64,000 nucleotides of DNA from contig OZ024741.1 of the NCBI GenBank assembly GCA_964016885.1, positions 129,766,001 to 129,830,000 on the forward strand, in the 5' to 3' direction. This document shows positions 56,956 through 64,000 of this stretch, in pieces. A program made the translations under genes and the position numbers. Within the stretch, counting starts at the first letter, position 1. Every line of letters begins with the position of its first letter. The DNA comes from Eledone cirrhosa. Its lineage: Eukaryota. The notes under the pieces were generated by a model that searched no databases, was not told where the DNA came from, and worked only from the letters and a program-made list of their open reading frames with translations.

Positions 56956-57104
56956 TGTTTGAAAACAAACATATCATACGTTTACATACAATAAACATAT
57001 GGGTAGCCTCGCTGTGCTATTGCCAAATTGTATATATATATATATCATATATATATATATATATGTATATATATGTGTGTGTGTGGTGTGTGTATTGTAG
57101 TAGT

Positions 57105-57166
<62 letters not shown>

Positions 57167-57274
57167 GTTTTAGTAGTAGTAGTAGTAGTAGTAGCAACAG
57201 CAGCAGCAGCCCCTAACAGTGGCAGAAGTTTGTTTCTGTGTTGAAGAATTGATCTCTATATGTATATGTATGTA

Positions 57275-57339
<65 letters not shown>

Positions 57340-57343
57340 TGTA

Positions 57344-57506
<163 letters not shown>

Positions 57507-57521
57507 ATATATATATATATA

Positions 57522-57613
57522 TACGTATCGGTTTGCCGAACATTTATTATAATGTTCGGTTTGTTTACAAACAAACCGAACATTATAGTAAATGTTCGGC
57601 AAACCGATACGTA
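57522..57613. repeat. Near-perfect 92-bp palindrome in (TA)n
   Basis: tacgtatcggtttgccgaacattta...taaatgttcggcaaaccgatacgta. Confidence 0.9.
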
Positions 57614-57765
57614 CATATATATATATATGTGCATATATATGTGTGTGCATATATATGCTATATATATACTACTGTACGTCTGTATACATGTATGTATGTA
57701 CGTATATATTCTTATATTTAAGTATCAGCCGTACTTAGTGTGAGAAATGAAATTTCATTTTTACC

Positions 57766-57862
<97 letters not shown>

Positions 57863-58059
57863 ATCAAAAGATGGTTAAAAGAGTTCCATGTATTTTATTA
57901 TGCGCATTTCAAAAACAAATATCATCATGGGATGATATTTGCGTTCTCATCAGATAAAAGAGTGAGACATGATATGAAGCTTAAAAAACACTTGCGAGCA
58001 GTGAAGTTATACTCGAGCAACAATGTCCACCACCACCACCAACACCCTCAACACCACCA

Positions 58060-58411
58060 GTGGTAGTGATGGTGATGTTGGTGGTGGTGTTGGTGGTGGT
58101 GGTGGTGTTGAGGGTGTTGGTGGTGTTGGTGTTGTTGGTGGTGGTGTTGTTGTTGTTGTTGGTGGTGGTGGTGTTGGTGTTGGTAGTGAGGGTGTTGGTG
58201 GTGGTGTTGGTGGTGGTGGTGGTGTTGAGGGTGTTGGTGGTGTTGGTGTTGTTGTTGGTGGTGTTGTTGTTGTTGGTGGTGGTGGTGTTGGTGTTGGTAG
58301 TGAGGGTGTTGTTGGTGGTGTTGGTGGTGGTGGTGGTGTTGAGGGTGTTGGTGTTGGTGGTGGTGTTGGTGGTGGTGTTGAGGGTGTTGGTGTTGTTGGT
58401 GTTGGTGGTGG

Positions 58412-58442
<31 letters not shown>

Positions 58443-58620
58443 GGTGTTGGTGTTGGTAGTGAGGGTGTTGTTGGTGGTGTTGGTGGTGGTGGTGGTGTTG
58501 AGGGTGTTGGTGGTGTTGGTGTTGTTGGTGGTGGTGTTGGTGGACGTTGTGAAGGTGGTAGTGATGGTGGTGGTGTTGGTAGTGGTATTGGTGGTGTTGG
58601 TAGACGTTCTGAAGGTAGTT
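58060..58620. repeat. (GGT/GTT)n low-complexity repeat
   Basis: Direct reading of the sequence. Confidence 0.9.
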
Positions 58621-58726
58621 GTTAAATCTACATATTTATACTCCAGTCCTATAAACTGTTGAGTGCTACTTATCCGATATTTGCATTGCTTTATTGTGCT
58701 ACAATAAAACTCACCTCCTACATATA

Positions 58727-58779
<53 letters not shown>

Positions 58780-58888
58780 TATATATATATATTATATATA
58801 TATATATATATTATATATATATATTATATATATATATATATGCATGTTTATGTGTACATATATGTGTGTAGTATTTATATACATATAT

Positions 58889-58926
<38 letters not shown>

Positions 58927-58975
58927 GTTCAAGAAATGACAAGGCAAACACAGACTCACACATAAATATACGCGT

Positions 58976-59009
<34 letters not shown>

Positions 59010-59028
59010 GTATATATATATATACATA

Positions 59029-59062
<34 letters not shown>

Positions 59063-59098
59063 TATGTATGTATATATATATATATATATATATACATA

Positions 59099-59130
<32 letters not shown>

Positions 59131-59241
59131 TATGTATGTATATATATATATATATATACATATACACACACACACACGCACACACACACACACACATATG
59201 TATGTATATATTTATATATATATACACACACACACACACTC

Positions 59242-59277
<36 letters not shown>

Positions 59278-59550
59278 TCATATATATATATATATACGTG
59301 TGTGTGTGAGTATATGCACATGCCTGCCTGTATATGTTGGTATGTGTGGCTGGATGTATGTGTGTATCTCTATGTATACGCATGGTAGTGGTGGAGAGTG
59401 AGGTGGTAGTCTAGTTGGTTTGGCTGTGGTGTGGGAGTGGGGTGCGGATACAGAGGTGGATAAGGGGTGGATAACGGGTGGATAACGGGTGGACGTATGG
59501 TAACGGTCTATGGAACCAGGAAGCAGGTTTGACATACTGTGTATGGTAAA

Positions 59551-59606
<56 letters not shown>

Positions 59607-59792
59607 GTGAGTGAGTTGTGGGCCGAGACAGGTAGGTGAAGGGTGGTGAGGAAGAGGGTAAAGAAACCATAAATTGTGAGAAGGAGGTGTGCGGGAGAAA
59701 AAGAAGAGGTGTGGTGGAAGAGATGCTCAGATGAATCAAAGAGAAAGAGGAATATATATGTGTGTGAGATAGGAAAGAAAGTGAGAACGGCG

Positions 59793-59871
<79 letters not shown>

Positions 59872-60182
59872 GGGGAGAGAGGGTAATGTTAGATTTCCAG
59901 GAATATAAAAAAATTAGAGGATGAAGAGAAAGTGAAACAAAAAATAGAGATGTAACAAAAAAATACTGTAAAGAGAAATATAGAGAGGAAGAGAGAGAGT
60001 AAGAGAGTGAGAGATATGGAGAGAGAGAAAGACAAATAGATAAAGAGATAATTAGATAGAATGAGACAGGAAGAGGGTTAAATAGAGAGAGAGAAAGAAG
60101 GAGTGGAGAGAGAGAGAGAGAGAGAAATGAACAAATAGTCAGGAAGATAGATATAGTAAAAGACAGATATATATATACATAC

Positions 60183-60214
<32 letters not shown>

Positions 60215-60474
60215 ATATATATATATATGTTTATATATGTATATATATATAGAGAGAGAGAGCGTGAGAGTGGGAGAGTGAGGAAAAAAATGAGCAGATA
60301 AAGAGATAAAGAGATAGAGAGAGGTATAGAGTGAGAAAGTGAGGTGGAGGGAGTGTAAAGAGCAATAGTAGGGAAGAGTAGTCAGAGGAGTAATTAGTTT
60401 GATGGTAATTGAGGTGGTTGGGAGGGGGGGAGGGTAATGGGAGTTGGTGATGGTGTTAGTGATGATGGCGGTAA

Positions 60475-62360
60475 CGATGGTGTTGTTGGTGGTGTTGGTG
60501 GTGATGGTGGAAGTTGTGAAGGTGGTAGTGATGGTGGTGTTGATGGTGGTGTTGGTGGTGGTGTTGGTGGTGGTGTTGGTGGTGGTGTTGGTGGTGTTGG
60601 TGGTGATGGTGGAAGTTGTGAAGGTGGTAGTGATGGTGGTGTTGGTGGTGGTGTTGGTGGTGGTGTTGGTGGTGGTGTTGGTGGTGGTGTTGGTGGTGTT
60701 GGTGGTGATGGTGGAAGTTGTGAAGGTGGTAGTGATGGTTGTGTTGGTGGTGGTGTTGGTGGTGGTGTTGGTGGTGGTGTTGGTGGTGGTGTTGGTGGTG
60801 TTGGTGGTGATGGTGGAAGTTGTGAAGGTGGTAGTGATGGTGGTGTTGGTGGTGGTGTTGGTGGTGGTGTTGGTGGTGGTGTTGGTGGTGGTGTTGGTGG
60901 TGTTGGTGGTGATGGTGGAAGTTGTGAAGGTGGTAGTGATGGTTGTGTTGGTGGTGGTGTTGGTGGTGGTGTTGGTGGTGGTGTTGGTGGTGGTGTTGGT
61001 GGTGATGGTGGAAGTTGTGAAAGTGGTAGTGATGGTGGTGTTGGTGGTGGTGTTGGTGGTGGTGGTGGTGGTGGTGGTGTTGGTGGTGGTGTTGGTGGTG
61101 GTGGTGGTGGTGATGGTGGAAGTTGTGAAGGTGGTAGTGATGGTGGTGTTGGTGGTGGTGTTGGTGGTGGTGGTGGTGGAAGTTGTGAAGGTGGTAGTGA
61201 TGGTGGTGTTGGTGGACGTTGAGAAGGTGGTAGTGATGGTTGTGTTGGTGGGGGTGTTGGTGGTGGTGTTGGTGGTGGTGGTGGTGGTAGAGGTTGGTGT
61301 TGGTGATGGTGCTAGTTGTGGTCGTGGAAGTGGTGGTGGTGGTGGTGTTGGTGGTGGTGTTGGTGGTGGTGTTGGTGGTGCTGTTGGTGGTGGTGTTGAT
61401 GGTGGTGTTGGTGGTGGTGTTGGTGGTGGTGTTGGTGGTGGTGTTGGTGGTGGTGTTGGTGGTGCTGTTGGTGGTGGTGTTGATGGTGGTGTTGGTGGTG
61501 CTGTTGGTGGTGGTGTTGATGGTTGTGTTGGTGGTGGTGTTGGTGGTGGTGTTGATGGTTGTGTTGGTGGTGGTGTTGGTGGTGGTGTTGGTGGTGGTGT
61601 TGGTGGTGGTGTTGGTGGTGGTGTTGGTGGTGGTGTTGGTGGTGCTGTTGGTGGTGGTGTTGATGGTGGTGTTGGTGGTGCTGTTGGTGGTGGTGTTGAT
61701 GGTTGTGTTGGTGGTGGTGTTGGTGGTGGTGTTGATGGTTGTGTTGATGGTGCTGTTGGTGGTGGTGTTGATGGTTGTGTTGGTGGTGGTGTTGGTGGTG
61801 GTGTTGGTGGTGGTGTTGATGGTGGTGTTGGTGGTGGTGTTGGTAGTGGTGTTGGTGGTGGTGTTGGTGGTGGTGTTGGTGGTGGTGTTGATGGTGGTGT
61901 TGGTGGTGGTGTTGGTAGTGGTGTTGGTGGTGGTGTTGGTGGTGGTGTTGATGGTGGTGTTGGTGGTGCTGTTGGTGGTGGTGTTGATGGTGGTGTTGGT
62001 GGTGGTGTTGGTGGTGGTGTTGGTGGTGGTGTTGGTGGTGGTGTTGGTGGTGGTGTTGATGGTTGTGTTGATGGTGGTGTTGGTGGTGCTGTTGGTGGTG
62101 GTGTTGATGGTTGTGTTGGTGGTGGTGTTGGTGGTGGTGTTGGTGGTGGTGTTGATGGTGGTGTTGGTGGTGGTGTTGGTGGTGGTGTTGATGGTTGTGT
62201 TGATGGTGGTGTTGGTGGTGCTGTTGGTGGTGGTGTTGATGGTTGTGTTGGTGGTGGTGTTGGTGGTGGTGTTGGTGGTGGTGTTGATGGTGGTGTTGGT
62301 GGTGGTGTTGGTGGTTGTGTTGATGGTGGTGTTGGTGGTGGTGTTGGTGGTGATGGAAGC
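60475..62360. repeat. (GGTGGTGGTGTT)n-based compound minisatellite
   Basis: 12-bp core, with higher-order units marked by ggaagttgtgaaggtggtagtgat in the first half. Confidence 0.93.
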
Positions 62361-62439
62361 TGGAGACATTGAGAGGAGATGTAGATGAGTTGGGTTGGAG
62401 GGTATATAAGTTGATATGGGGGGTACAACAGACAAACAC

Positions 62440-63557
62440 ACACATATGGGAGGCAGATGCACATTCAAACACACTCATACACACACATATTGGAAGTAGA
62501 GACACACACACACATACACACACATATGGGTAGTAGAGACACACATATACTCATACACACACATATGGGAAGTAGAGAGACACACACACACTCATACACA
62601 CACATATGGGAAGTAGAGACACACACACACACTCATACACACACATATGGGAAGTAGAGACACACACACACACTCATACACACACATATGGGAAGTAGAC
62701 ACACACACGCACATATGGGAAGTAGAGACACACACATACACACACATATGGGAAGTTGATGCACACATATACACACATACACACACATATGGGAAGTAGA
62801 CACACACACGCACATATGGGAAGTAGAGACACACACATACACACACATATGGGAAGTTGATGCACACATATACACACATACACACACATATGGGAAGTAG
62901 ACACACACCCACGCACACACACATATAGGAAGTAGAGAGACACACACACATATACACACACATATGGGAAGCAGACACACACGCACACACATATACACAC
63001 ACATATAGTAAGTAGAGACTCACACACACACATACACACACATATGGGAAGTAGAGACACACACACACACTCATAAACACAAATATGGGAAGTAGAGACA
63101 CACACATACACACACACATATGGGAAGTAGAGACATACATACACATACACACACATATGGGAAGTAGATGCACACACACACAAACACACACACATATGGG
63201 AAGTAGATGCACACACACACACATACACACACACACACACACATATGGGAAGTAGATGCACACACACACACATACACACACATACACACACATACACATA
63301 TGGGAAGTAGATGCACACACACATATAGGAAGTAGATGCACACACACACATATGGGAAGTAGAGACACACACACACACATACACACACATATGGGCGAGT
63401 AGAGACACACACACACACATACACACACATATGGGAAGTAGAGACACACACACAAACTCATAAACACAAATATGGGAAGTAGAGACACACACATACACAC
63501 ACACATATGGGAAGTAGAGACATACATACACATACACACACATATGGGAAGTAGATG

Positions 63558-63588
<31 letters not shown>

Positions 63589-63990
63589 GGGAAGTAGATG
63601 CACACACACACACATACACACACACACACATATGGGAAGTAGATGCACACACACACACATACACACACATACACATATGGGAAGTAGATGCACACACACA
63701 CACACATATGGGAAGTAGATGCACACACACACATATGGGAAGTAGAGACACACACACACACATACACACACATATGGGCGAGTAGAGACACACACACACA
63801 CATACACACACATATGGGAAGTAGAGAGACACACACACACACACGCACACACACACACACACATACATAGAAGGTAGATGAACAAACATAGTCACACACA
63901 CATATTGGAGGTAGATGCACACATACACACACATACAGATACACACATAGAGGATTTCGATGCACACACAAATACACACACATATTTGAA
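62440..63990. repeat. Minisatellite of atatgggaagtaga plus variable (CA)n spacers
   Basis: Constant 14-bp core separated by CA-repeat tracts. Confidence 0.93.
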
Positions 63991-64000
63991 GTACACACAC

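Noticed and set aside
62440-63990. CRISPR-like pattern of a constant core with variable spacers
   Set aside because: The spacers are only (CA)n variants, the context is eukaryotic and there are no cas genes; it is a minisatellite.

Overview
Eukaryotic, AT-rich and dense in microsatellites. The SINE families and (TA)n/(CA)n/(TATG)n content suggest an octopus (coleoid cephalopod) genome; this is an inference. Almost all long ORFs in the supplied track are simple-repeat artefacts. One host gene can be rebuilt by hand on the minus strand: a secreted TGF-beta-superfamily ligand (activin/myostatin-like prodomain). It has six coding exons (27178-26949, 8180-8044, 6026-5877, 4931-4851, 3333-3139, 1155-946), all with GT-AG boundaries and matching phases. 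The mature domain would lie downstream, beyond position 1. The main finding is an in-frame TGA at codon 321 (988-986) in the readthrough context TGA-CTAG. It sits 5 residues after an RRTR furin-type site, where myostatin has the first Cys of the mature ligand. The frame then stays open (LGNRRRRRPLHGN) to a perfect splice donor. This is a candidate recoded growth factor (readthrough, selenocysteine or editing), but a nonsense allele or assembly error is not excluded. The introns and upstream region hold a mariner remnant, R4/Dong-like and Penelope-like retroelement fragments, tRNA-derived SINEs, many (TA)n-embedded fold-back elements (several with hammerhead ribozyme motifs) and large minisatellites.
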